NCBI GenBank assembly: GCA_046484135.1
Contig: JAWOBU010000221.1
Location: 1 to 23,038 of the forward strand
DNA: 23,038 nt
From: a bacterium
GTDB lineage: Bacteria; RBG-13-61-14; DATKZS01
Reading direction: 5' to 3'
Position 1 is the stretch's first letter, and each line of letters begins with the position of its first letter. The notes below the pieces were generated by a model. It was given only the letters and a program-made list of their open reading frames with translations, searched no databases and was not told the DNA's origin. The translations under genes and the position numbers were made by a program. Positions 8,165 to 16,574 of the stretch are shown here, in pieces.

Positions 8165-9541
8165 TTATTTTTTGTCAACCAATAAGGGATCACCCGTCTT
8201 TTGCCGCCAGGTCTCCACTTTAGTGCGGAGTTCTTTTCTGGTATCTGTAAGCTCGGGGCTGTCCGCCAGGTTGTTTTTTTCGGTGGGGTCCTTGCGAAGG
8301 TCGTAAAGCTCTTCAGGCGGGCGCGGATCAAGGCCGCGGCCGCGGGGGAGCTTCGCCGCTTTTACCGCCCAGTCGAAATCCTTGCACATGTCCAGGCCCA
8401 CCGGCTCGTCGTTTAAGTTAAGGATGTACTTGTAATCGCGCGTCCGCACCGCCCGCATAGGCGTATAACGCACGTGATATGTCATCTCCGCGAAAATCTG
8501 GTCATGCACGTTTTCGGTTTCGCCTCTGCCCGCGGCAAGGAGCGATTTGCCCTGCACAGCGTCGGGCACGGGCGCGCCCGCCGCTGAAAGCGCGGTGGGC
8601 ATGATGTCAATCGTGGAAACCAGCCCGTCCATCTCCCGGCCGGCAGGCAGGCCCGCGGGCCAGCGCATGATAAGCGGAGTGCCGATGCCGAAGTCGTAAC
8701 AGAAACCGATTCCGCCGGGGTACATGGGACCGTTGTCCGATACGAAAATCACGAGCGTGTTGTCCCCGATCCCTTCCTTGTCCAGGTGGTCCATGACGTT
8801 GCCGATGATATGGTCCATGTATGCCGCCTGGCTGAAATAGGCGGCCACGTCCTTGCGGATGGCGGGCCAATCCGGCAGGCCCCAGTAGTCGGGAACATGG
8901 ACTTTGTCCGGGTCCACCGGAAAGTCCGGGTGCTGCTCGTAGGCGTGCGCTCCCGGCATGGCCGGCCGGTGCGTCTGCATAAAGTTCATCTCGAGGTAAA
9001 ATGGCCGGTCCCGGTGTTCGCTTATAAAATTCTTAGCTTTGTCCGCGTCCTTGATCGAGAACATGCCCATGTGGTCCTGGTACCCGTAAAGCGACACCGG
9101 CACGTAAGGGGACACGTGCCACTTGCCGTTAATACCGGTGTTATAGCCCTCCCGCTTCAGGCACTCGACCATGGTGTCCACTGAAAGCGGCATCTGGTAC
9201 TGGGGGTAGAGGTGGGTAAGGCCCAGCACGTTCACCGAGTGGGGCGACTGCCCGCTTATAAAGGTGGCCCGCGAAGGGCTGCACGAGGGAGCGGTAACAA
9301 AGGCGTTGCTGAACTTGACCCCCTCGGAGGCCATCCGGTCCAGGCAGGGAGTGCTCACGTTCTCCTCCCCGTAACAGCCCAGGTCGCGCCAGCCCAGGTT
9401 GTCGGCGATCATGAGTACCACGTTAGGACGCTCACTCCTTGAACGGCCGACCCGCGGCAATAAGGACAGGCCTGCGGCAGCGCCCGCTCCCTCTTTCAGA
9501 AAATCCCGACGGCTTCGACTACTCGTTTTTCTTTCGCCCAT
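8165..9541 (-). CDS. Tat-exported formylglycine-dependent (S1) sulfatase, N-sulfoglucosamine sulfohydrolase-like
   Basis: Motifs CSPSRATFISG, GKWH, SDNG and EELYDLRKDPTE. Twin-arginine signal SRRDFLK. An AGAGGAG RBS 8 nt before the ATG at 9541 favours this start over the GTG at 9550. The subfamily is a guess. Confidence 0.9.
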   Translation of the reverse strand: MGERKTSSRSRRDFLKEGAGAAAGLSLLPRVGRSRSERPNVVLMIADNLGWRDLGCYGEENVSTPCLDRMASEGVKFSNAFVTAPSCSPSRATFISGQSPHSVNVLGLTHLYPQYQMPLSVDTMVECLKREGYNTGINGKWHVSPYVPVSLYGYQDHMGMFSIKDADKAKNFISEHRDRPFYLEMNFMQTHRPAMPGAHAYEQHPDFPVDPDKVHVPDYWGLPDWPAIRKDVAAYFSQAAYMDHIIGNVMDHLDKEGIGDNTLVIFVSDNGPMYPGGIGFCYDFGIGTPLIMRWPAGLPAGREMDGLVSTIDIMPTALSAAGAPVPDAVQGKSLLAAGRGETENVHDQIFAEMTYHVRYTPMRAVRTRDYKYILNLNDEPVGLDMCKDFDWAVKAAKLPRGRGLDPRPPEELYDLRKDPTEKNNLADSPELTDTRKELRTKVETWRQKTGDPLLVDKK

Positions 9542-9588
9542 GGTTAACACTCCTCTTTGATTTCAGTTGTCGCTTCCGATAGCATTGC

Positions 9589-9608
9589 TCCTTGATGAAG
9601 TTCAAGGA
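9589..9608. promoter_or_regulatory. Palindromic operator in the divergent sulfatase/GH15 promoter region
   Basis: Perfect 7 bp inverted repeat TCCTTGA-N6-TCAAGGA, containing the FNR-like TTGAT-GAAG-TTCAA. Confidence 0.4.
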
Positions 9609-9665
9609 TGCTCGTGTCGTGTCCCACAATGATTGTCTCTTATGATACCAAGTAAGGAGTGCTCA

Positions 9666-12056
9666 ATGAAATCCGTGTTAAAAAAGTTGCCTGTTTTTTT
9701 CCTCCGTTCGGCTGCCATGGCTCTGGCTCTTTTATTTCTCGCAGCCGGCGCTCCCGCCACAAACCAACGAGAGTTCGACGAGCTCCACGTGCCCGTGATG
9801 CCCGGCATCCGGCAGCTTTACGAAAAGGCTACCCTGAACCTGGTGAAGCCGCATCTTGACGAAGCGGGCGGAGACTGGCTCTTTGCCGCGGACCTGGCGT
9901 CCGAGTCCATGAGCGGGGCCTCCAACTATGCCACCGCGCTCGGCAACGGAAGGCTCTTCGTCGAGATATCCCCCTGGGCGGAGCTGGTGGTGTTCAGATG
10001 GCCCAACCCCACCTATGCGGATCAGCTTCGGTACTTCACCCTGGAAAACGGCATCACCCTGGCGGAAGCAAAGCCCGTGCGAATGGGCGATGATGCGCCC
10101 TGCCGGGACTGGAAAAGGTACGGCCGGCCCGTCGAGTTGTGCCGCGGCCTGGGCTCGTCCGCGGGCGTGGTCCTTCCCTCGGGAAAAACCGTGTGGTCGC
10201 ATGACCCGGCCTGGCAAAGCTCGCGTACCTTTACGCCCCCTGACTCGACCGTACTTCAAAACACTCTGACCGGCAGAAACGCAACCATCGAGGTCGAAGA
10301 TTTCCTTCATCCTGACCTTGACGTGATGGTCCGCGATTACAAGGTCAAAGGAGCAGAAAGGTTTTTATATCACGGCTCGTTTTCTCCGCTTCTTATAGGC
10401 TCGAAGTACGCCACCGGGAGCGATCCCAAAGAGGCGGGCCACGTCACCGCATATCTTGCCGAACATGATGCGGTCCTTCATTTCAAACCCGAACAGGAAG
10501 AGCTCTTAAAGCCGGAGTTAAAACGCGAGAACCTTTCCGCAGAGGCCATTGATGCCGCGTATCCCGACGGTGGCGTGTTCGTGGCCTGGACTTTTCTGCA
10601 AGGCTCTGAGGCGCACCAGGTCGGGCCGGACGCCTGCCCGGTAAAGATGTCTCCAGACGCGCTCACTCCCTTGCAGGACGCGGCCGACGGAAAGCTCCAA
10701 GGAAACAGCTTCTACGCCGGCAAGGGAGACGCGGTCCTCGCCCGCTCGATAGAGGCTTCCGAAGAAAGCCGCGTGTCCGTCGTTATCTCCATTGCCGGGA
10801 GCGCCGGAGGCGCTGTGTCGCTTCTTGACCAAGCCGGGAGCAAAGGCGTCCACGAGCTGAAAAAGGAGAACACCGACCACTGGCAAAAGGTATCTTCATC
10901 TATCCGGCTTCCTCAAGGTCCGAGTGAGGTCACCAAGCGGGTGGCCCGCCGGTCGGTACTGAACCTGGTGCAGGGACAGGGAGAAGCTCACGGATCAATC
11001 GTGGCCTCGGTTTCCAGGCAGCCCCACTACCACTTTGACTGGCCGCGCGACGGGGCCTTTTTTGATCTCACCCTGGACCTCGCCGGCTTCCCCAGCCGCG
11101 TGGACCGGCACCACAGGTTTTACCAAAAAACCCAGTACCGCGACAAGCTCGACTTTTCCATAATAAAAGTCTTTAACTACCAGCTTCCCTTTTATGAGCC
11201 GCGCGGGCACTGGCCTTCCAACATGGCTGCGGACGGGACCGCAGGTTCCATACCCGAACTCCTCCCTTTCGAGATTGACGAGACCGCGCTCCTGGTCTGG
11301 GACTTCTGGAGGCACGAGCGGACTCTCACTCCCGCAAAGCGCGGGCCCTACAGGAAAGAGATGAAAAAGACCATGGGCCTTGCCGCGGACGCCGTGCTCG
11401 ATTACGTGGACCTCGAGCAGGGCTGGACCAGGCCCGCCATAGAGGACGACAACTTCCCGCCGGATGCTACTCTCCACGGCGTCGCCGCGGTGCTTACCGG
11501 GCTGGCGTCCGCGTGTGATGCGGGTCCCCGCTGGGGGTTTGCCGAAGACCGGACTAAAAAGTGGTGTCATGCCGCCAAGGTGCTGAGACAAGGAGTGCGC
11601 GACAGGATAGGCGATGAGAATATCCAAGAGCGCGCGGGCTGGCGTGGCCTGTCCTGGTCGCTCTGGCCGGCACCCGTGTTCGACGATTTCAGCGAGCCCG
11701 CGGCCCGTTCCATAAAGGCAGAGCTTGCGAAGAGGATCAAGGAAAAGATAAACAAACAGACTCCCGGCTTTGCCTACCTGGGCGAGGAGATTTTCATGCT
11801 GGCCATGGCGGACCGCGAGCAGGGCGACTACACCGGGCTTTTAAAAAGGGCGCTCGAGTTCTTGACCGGCGAGGTGCCGTTCCCGGGCACCGACTGCTAT
11901 GGCGAGGTCACCTTGTGGGTGGAGATGGACGGGAAGAAGCTCTCGCAGCAGAGGACCAGCATACCCCACATTTGGAACGGGGTCACGGTATATCTGGCCG
12001 CGCTCGCGGTGTACGAGCCGGAGGTTTTCGACCCCATGACGCCTCCTGCGCCGTAA
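9666..12056 (+). CDS. Exported glycoside hydrolase family 15-like protein (glucoamylase/oligosaccharide amylase-like)
   Basis: GSIVAS...HYHFDWPRDG (GH15 WxRD motif), FEIDETA, YGEV, PHIW and an N-terminal LGNG...FRWP. Signal peptide. A TAAGGAG RBS supports the ATG at 9666. Confidence 0.75.
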   Translation: MKSVLKKLPVFFLRSAAMALALLFLAAGAPATNQREFDELHVPVMPGIRQLYEKATLNLVKPHLDEAGGDWLFAADLASESMSGASNYATALGNGRLFVEISPWAELVVFRWPNPTYADQLRYFTLENGITLAEAKPVRMGDDAPCRDWKRYGRPVELCRGLGSSAGVVLPSGKTVWSHDPAWQSSRTFTPPDSTVLQNTLTGRNATIEVEDFLHPDLDVMVRDYKVKGAERFLYHGSFSPLLIGSKYATGSDPKEAGHVTAYLAEHDAVLHFKPEQEELLKPELKRENLSAEAIDAAYPDGGVFVAWTFLQGSEAHQVGPDACPVKMSPDALTPLQDAADGKLQGNSFYAGKGDAVLARSIEASEESRVSVVISIAGSAGGAVSLLDQAGSKGVHELKKENTDHWQKVSSSIRLPQGPSEVTKRVARRSVLNLVQGQGEAHGSIVASVSRQPHYHFDWPRDGAFFDLTLDLAGFPSRVDRHHRFYQKTQYRDKLDFSIIKVFNYQLPFYEPRGHWPSNMAADGTAGSIPELLPFEIDETALLVWDFWRHERTLTPAKRGPYRKEMKKTMGLAADAVLDYVDLEQGWTRPAIEDDNFPPDATLHGVAAVLTGLASACDAGPRWGFAEDRTKKWCHAAKVLRQGVRDRIGDENIQERAGWRGLSWSLWPAPVFDDFSEPAARSIKAELAKRIKEKINKQTPGFAYLGEEIFMLAMADREQGDYTGLLKRALEFLTGEVPFPGTDCYGEVTLWVEMDGKKLSQQRTSIPHIWNGVTVYLAALAVYEPEVFDPMTPPAP

Positions 12057-12075
12057 AGGCAGGAGCGATGAGTCC

Positions 12076-12468
12076 TCACTGCCGGGCAGGCCGCCCAAGC
12101 ACGTGTGGGTGGCCTTTGGAACCGACGACCATTACTTCCCGCCTGCAACGCAGAACGCTTCCGTTGTCAGCATGGGCCTTGACCTGGCAGGACACCAGGT
12201 CATACCCGACACCTTGAAGATGATAAAGCTCGCCGGACTCGAACACCTCGACTACCCCGTCAGCCTGAACCGCTCATCCCCTTCCGGACCGGTTACCGCG
12301 GTTACGGTGCAGTACAAGGCCGCGCCGCCGCTCGACGGCCACCACATCAACTTCCAGAGGCACGAGACCAGGTACCAGTACGCCTGCTTTCTAAAAACCC
12401 TGGCCCGCACCGGCAAGCCGGTGCTCTACGGGCCCGCGGAACGCTGGGACGCGCCTTGCGGGCAGTGA
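12076..12468 (+). pseudogene. C-terminal fragment of an alpha/beta-hydrolase-like gene
   Basis: The frame reads LPGRPPKHVWVAFGTDDHYFPPATQNA...DGHHINFQ...QYACFLKTL, resembling the Asp and His segments of a hydrolase triad. No GxSxG nucleophile region is present. The ATG behind the RBS (12068) is in another frame. Codon usage looks coding. Confidence 0.5.
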
Positions 12469-12554
12469 GGGGGCTTTGTCGCAACTTAAAAGCTGTATTT
12501 AATCAGCCAATTAAGCCCGGCTTTTTTTCTTTTGAATGTTTTTTCAATTCGTGC

Positions 12555-12583
12555 TGGACAAATTTGTCTTTTGCGTATATGAT
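12555..12583 (+). promoter_or_regulatory. sigma70-type promoter with overlapping palindrome
   Basis: TGGACA-N17-TATGAT in an AT-rich region. The perfect palindrome GACAAATTTGTC (12557-12568) overlaps the -35. Confidence 0.45.
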
Positions 12584-12699
12584 CTTTTTAGTACACGCGG
12601 CATGAATGTTCTGATGTGATTCCTGGTTTGATTTAAGGGATTTATCTTACAGGTTCTTGGCGAATAACCAAAAGCCTTAACAAGGGAAGGAGGGCGGGG

Positions 12700-13896
12700 A
12701 TGAGTTATTTTAAGTGTGGTTTAACGGTGTCGGCTTTTTGTGCGGCCTTGGTTATAGCGCCGATCTTTACAGGCAAGGCATCTATGAGTAGCGCCAACTA
12801 TCAGATACCAAATGACGTGATGGGCGCAGGCGGCTCGGCCATGAGCTCGTCGTCCTACCAGATGAACGCGACGCTGGGCCAGCCCAGTCCTTTGGGCGAC
12901 GCCTTGAGCACCAACTACGATAACTACCCCGGCTTCTGGCAGGGAGACGAGTGCGTGTACGACCCGGACCAGGACGGCCTTTCCAACGCGGACGAGTACT
13001 ACTACCTTACCGACCCATACAACTCTGACACCGACGGCGACGGCGTAGACGACGGTGATGAAGTAGCGCTGAACATGGACCCCTTCCACTGGGACAGCGA
13101 CGGCGACGGCCTGCCCGACAATTTCGAGTACGATAACATGGGCGCAAGCCCGGCGCTGGACCCGACAGTTGCGGACGGCAATACGGATTTCGACTCCGAC
13201 TTAAACCCGAACGTGCACGAGTACTGGAACGGGACTGACCTCTGGAGCGCGGACCCGCAAGGCCACCACGGCAGCGGGCAGGTCGGATGCGCCTACTGGG
13301 GCGAGGGGGACGGAGACTGCGTGGTCGCGTCAGGCGATGTGACCGTGATAAAGTCCACGATTGCGGAGACGCCTACCGACTACTCGAACGTAATACCGAA
13401 TAACGCGGACACCCAGGACCTGGACCGGGACGGAGTTCTTGCGTCCGGTGACCTCACCGTCTTGAAGAGCATGGTTTCCGAGATCGAGATCAACAACATT
13501 AACAGCCGGGCAAAAGAGCTGGTGGTTCTGTCCCAGCCTTCCGGGCCAGTGAAGGTAGGCGACACCTGCCACGTAATGCTGGGCGTCCTCTCCGAGCATC
13601 CGGACGGCAACAAGTATACCGCCGGTTTTGCGGTCGTCTTCCAGGTGGGCTCTGCATCCACCGGCACTGCGACCCTGTGGGGAGGCGACGGGGAGTACTC
13701 GGGCAACCGTTACGACTTCTCCGGACCTGTAATAGACAATGCCCCCGCCCGGATAACCCTGCGGGTTGACAGTGCAGGCACTATCGAAATCGAGCCCTTT
13801 ATACCCGAGTGCCAGTCGGCCACATTGCCTTTTGAAGGCCGCTATTGCCCGGAGATTCTTATGAGCACTCCCATAAGCATAGAAGCGGTCGAGTAA
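12700..13896 (+). CDS. Secreted acidic Ca-binding protein with thrombospondin type 3-like DxDxDG repeats and a dockerin-like duplicated motif
   Basis: Signal peptide. Repeats DPDQDGLSNADE, DTDGDGVDDGDE, DSDGDGLPDNFE and DFDSDLNPNVHE. Paired motifs GEGDGDCVVASGDVTVIKS and QDLDRDGVLASGDLTVLKS. Strong AGGAGG RBS. Confidence 0.8.
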   Translation: MSYFKCGLTVSAFCAALVIAPIFTGKASMSSANYQIPNDVMGAGGSAMSSSSYQMNATLGQPSPLGDALSTNYDNYPGFWQGDECVYDPDQDGLSNADEYYYLTDPYNSDTDGDGVDDGDEVALNMDPFHWDSDGDGLPDNFEYDNMGASPALDPTVADGNTDFDSDLNPNVHEYWNGTDLWSADPQGHHGSGQVGCAYWGEGDGDCVVASGDVTVIKSTIAETPTDYSNVIPNNADTQDLDRDGVLASGDLTVLKSMVSEIEINNINSRAKELVVLSQPSGPVKVGDTCHVMLGVLSEHPDGNKYTAGFAVVFQVGSASTGTATLWGGDGEYSGNRYDFSGPVIDNAPARITLRVDSAGTIEIEPFIPECQSATLPFEGRYCPEILMSTPISIEAVE

Positions 13897-13917
13897 AAAG
13901 AATTTCAGGAAAATTTA

Positions 13918-14011
13918 TTTCACGCAGAGGCGCGAAGCCGCAAAGGTAAGACAAAGAAATTTCCCCTTGTCTTCATCCGGTGCCCCTTTGGGATGCGGTT
14001 GTCCGCCTCTG
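13918..14011. repeat. Intergenic repeat of the TCACGCAGAGGCGC family, copy 1, with fold-back
   Basis: TTTCACGCAGAGGCGCGAAGCCGCAAAGGTAAGACAAA matches 21129-21158 and the reverse complement of 21301-21327. CAGAGGCG (13925-13932) pairs with CGCCTCTG (14004-14011). Confidence 0.6.
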
Positions 14012-14093
14012 TTTCATATTTTGGGCTTCCATCATAAGTATTTGTCCTCCACTATCCACACTATCCAGCAGGTTTGCGACGCCGGAAAACCAT

Positions 14094-14224
14094 GGGTCTG
14101 CGACATGAAGGGGGGCAAGTAAACCGCCGATGTCCCCCACCGCTTTTATCTGCGGCCGAGACGGTCGCGTTCCCAGCTCTAAACCAGGGGTAGTTCCCTA
14201 AAACCCCCTTACATGTCGCAGGCC
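14094..14224. mobile_element. Miniature inverted-repeat transposable element (MITE), ~130 bp
   Basis: Terminal inverted repeats GGTCTGCGACATG-AAGGGGG (14095-14114) and CCCCCTTACATGTCGCAGGCC (14204-14224), 19/21 match. Flanked by the direct repeat GGAAAACCAT at 14084-14093 and 14225-14234. Confidence 0.75.
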
Positions 14225-14265
14225 GGAAAACCATCACCCCCTTGCCTGATTTTAATTTTTCCCCC

Positions 14266-14293
14266 TTGACAGACAAAACTTTTGTTTTATACT
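14266..14293 (+). promoter_or_regulatory. sigma70 promoter of the TetR-RND operon
   Basis: TTGACA (14266-14271), 16 bp spacer, TATACT (14288-14293). Confidence 0.7.
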
Positions 14294-14296
14294 TAT

Positions 14297-14318
14297 GATT
14301 AAAACAGGTGATTTAATC
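14297..14318. promoter_or_regulatory. Probable TetR-family operator
   Basis: Inverted repeat GATTAAA-N8-TTTAATC just downstream of the -10 and upstream of the TetR gene. Confidence 0.55.
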
Positions 14319-14343
14319 GCGTGTGTAAGTGAGGTAGAAGGCC

Positions 14344-15012
14344 ATGGCGAAAGGAAAAGAAATAAGACCCACCAGTGAACGGCTCATCAATGCCGCTGGC
14401 GAGCTGTTCGCTGAAAAGGGGTTCAAGGAGACCACGGTGCGGGAGATATGCGAGAAGGCGGGCGCCAACCTGGCCGCGGTGAACTATTACTTCCGGGACA
14501 AAGAGAACCTGTACCAGGAGGTCCTCTCTTCGGTGGTGTCCAAGATGGCTGACAAGTCGTTCCTGGATATTATGGAGGATGCGGAGACCTCTTACCGGCA
14601 CAAGATATATCTTTTTGTGAAAACTTTTTTGTCCCGGCGTTTCGACCCGGATGCCCCTCACTGGCACTTCGAGCTAATCGCCCGGCAGATGGTGGAGGCA
14701 CCGGAGTCGGTCAAGTCCAAGGGTTCGGAAAACATTCGCACCCATTACCGCATACTTTACGACATGCTTTTCGAATTTTTCGGCCATAAGGCTTCTTCTT
14801 CCCTGGTCCATAAATGCATCTTAAGCATCATGGGGCAATATCTGGTCTACATTATGATGTATCACCCCCACTCGCCCATGCCCGAAGACCTCAAGGTGGA
14901 AATGACGCCCCAGGAGATCGAGGAACGCGCCCGACACGTGGCCGATTTTTCCATAGGGGCATTGGAAAAGATCAAACAAGAGCTTCCCGAGAAGCCGGAA
15001 GGCCCGAAATGA
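14344..15012 (+). CDS. TetR/AcrR-family transcriptional regulator (CecR/CerR-like)
   Basis: N-terminal HTH RLINAAGELFAEKGFKETTVREICEKAGANLAAVNYYFRDKENLY. The C-terminal SIMGQ...HVADFS resembles CerR-type C-domains. First gene of the efflux operon. Confidence 0.92.
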   Translation: MAKGKEIRPTSERLINAAGELFAEKGFKETTVREICEKAGANLAAVNYYFRDKENLYQEVLSSVVSKMADKSFLDIMEDAETSYRHKIYLFVKTFLSRRFDPDAPHWHFELIARQMVEAPESVKSKGSENIRTHYRILYDMLFEFFGHKASSSLVHKCILSIMGQYLVYIMMYHPHSPMPEDLKVEMTPQEIEERARHVADFSIGALEKIKQELPEKPEGPK

Positions 15013-15098
15013 TCAAGCCAGATAAATTTTTGAAGAACCGAAGCGTAATATAAGTATGATGTTGAGGACTGTTCAAGCTCTTAAGGAGTTGAAAAACC

Positions 15099-16574
15099 AT
15101 GAAACCAGGATTTTCCCAACGGAAGTTGTTGACGGTAACGGCAATGGCCGTTCTGGTACTCTGCTCTTCCTGCCCAGAGCCGAAAAAGAAGCCGGATGTT
15201 GATGTTCCGCAAAAGTTTTCGGAAAGCGGCCCGGCATCCATGCCTGAGAAGTGGTGGACCTCGTTTTCCGACCCGGAGCTTGACCGGCTGGAGGAGCGGG
15301 CCATGTCCGGCAACCTGGACGTGCTTGCCGCCTGGGACCGGCTCGACCAGGCTGAGGCCATGTACCGGTCCGCCAGCGCCGGCCTGTGGCCCAGCATATC
15401 AGCTTCTCTTTCCCTGACCGACAAAGAGATGATGGGCGAAAAAGAAAGCACAAAGACCGCTCCTTCTTCAGGCGGCATGCCCAGCGGCGGTGCCCAGACC
15501 TCGACCGACGGGACCACTTACTCCGGCTCCCTGACCGCGAGCTACGAGCTGGACTTATGGGGCCGGGTTCGTTCGAGCCGGAAGGCGGCCAAGGCCGACT
15601 TTCGGGCCGGTCGGGAAGACCTGTACACCATGGCCATGACCGTGTCCTCCCAGGTGGCCATGACCTGGTACGAACTGGTCGAGCAGAAGCTCCAGCTTGG
15701 AGTACTGAAGGAGCAGGAGCAAATTAACAAGGACTACCTCGAGCTCCAGACCCTGCGCTACCGGCAGGGGGTGGCCGCGGCCGCGGACGTGGTCCAGCAG
15801 CGACAGCAACTGGAGGCCACTCGAAGCGAGATGCCCAACGTCCAAAAACGCATCCAGACCTTGAAGCACCAGCTCGCCGTGCTCATCGGAAAACCGCCCC
15901 GTACCAAGATCGAGGCGGAAAGGGACAGCCTGCCCGGACTTCCGCCCCTGCCCGATACCGGGATTCCCGCGGACGTGCTCATGCAAAGGCCGGACGTGCG
16001 GTCGGCAAAGAAAAGGCTGGAAGCAGCGGGCTACCGGGTGGACGAGGCGTTCGCCAGCCGCCTGCCCTCGATCAGCATCTCCCTGAGCGCCTCAGACACA
16101 GAGGAGGAGATCGAGTCATTGTTCGAGAACTGGCTCCGGAACCTCACTGTAAACCTGGCGGCTCCGCTACTTGACGCCGGCCGGCGCAAGGCAGAAGAGG
16201 AGAGGGCCCGGGCCGCGGCATCGCAGCGGGTCCACGCTTTTGAAAAGACCATGCTCACTGCATTACGGGAGGTCGAAGACGCCCTGGCCAGGGAAAGGAA
16301 TCAGCACGAGTACATAAAGCGCCTGGAAAAGCAGATGCAATCGGCAAGGCAGTCCCTCGAGCTCGCCCGGGAGAGATACCGGAACGGGGCCACAGGATAC
16401 CTGCCGGTCCTGGTCAACCTGAAAAACCTGCAAGCGCTGGAACGACAGCACCTCACCGCCCGAAGGATACTCATCACCTACCGCATAGCCCTCTATCGAG
16501 CACTGGCCGGATCATGGGACCTGGAAAGGAAAACGGAAAAACCCGAAGCCACGCAAATCCTGCAATCGAGGTAA
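15099..16574 (+). CDS. RND efflux outer-membrane factor lipoprotein (NodT/OprM/TolC family)
   Basis: Lipobox-like VLVLCSSC and motifs WWTSFSDPELDRL, SYELDLWGRVR, GIPADVLMQRPDV and LYRALAG. RBS TAAGGAG. Confidence 0.93.
   Translation: MKPGFSQRKLLTVTAMAVLVLCSSCPEPKKKPDVDVPQKFSESGPASMPEKWWTSFSDPELDRLEERAMSGNLDVLAAWDRLDQAEAMYRSASAGLWPSISASLSLTDKEMMGEKESTKTAPSSGGMPSGGAQTSTDGTTYSGSLTASYELDLWGRVRSSRKAAKADFRAGREDLYTMAMTVSSQVAMTWYELVEQKLQLGVLKEQEQINKDYLELQTLRYRQGVAAAADVVQQRQQLEATRSEMPNVQKRIQTLKHQLAVLIGKPPRTKIEAERDSLPGLPPLPDTGIPADVLMQRPDVRSAKKRLEAAGYRVDEAFASRLPSISISLSASDTEEEIESLFENWLRNLTVNLAAPLLDAGRRKAEEERARAAASQRVHAFEKTMLTALREVEDALARERNQHEYIKRLEKQMQSARQSLELARERYRNGATGYLPVLVNLKNLQALERQHLTARRILITYRIALYRALAGSWDLERKTEKPEATQILQSR

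Noticed and set aside
12513..12530. AAGCCCGGCTT plus T-run as a terminator
   Set aside because: The stem is too short for a stable hairpin.
12961..13230. Periodic GAC-rich DNA as a CRISPR or tandem repeat
   Set aside because: Explained by protein-level DxDxDG repeats. There are no identical repeats with spacers.
14050..14067. ACTATCCA tandem duplication
   Set aside because: Only two short copies, compatible with chance or slippage.
15009..15053. 14-codon ORF overlapping the TetR stop
   Set aside because: Too short, with no supporting signal.
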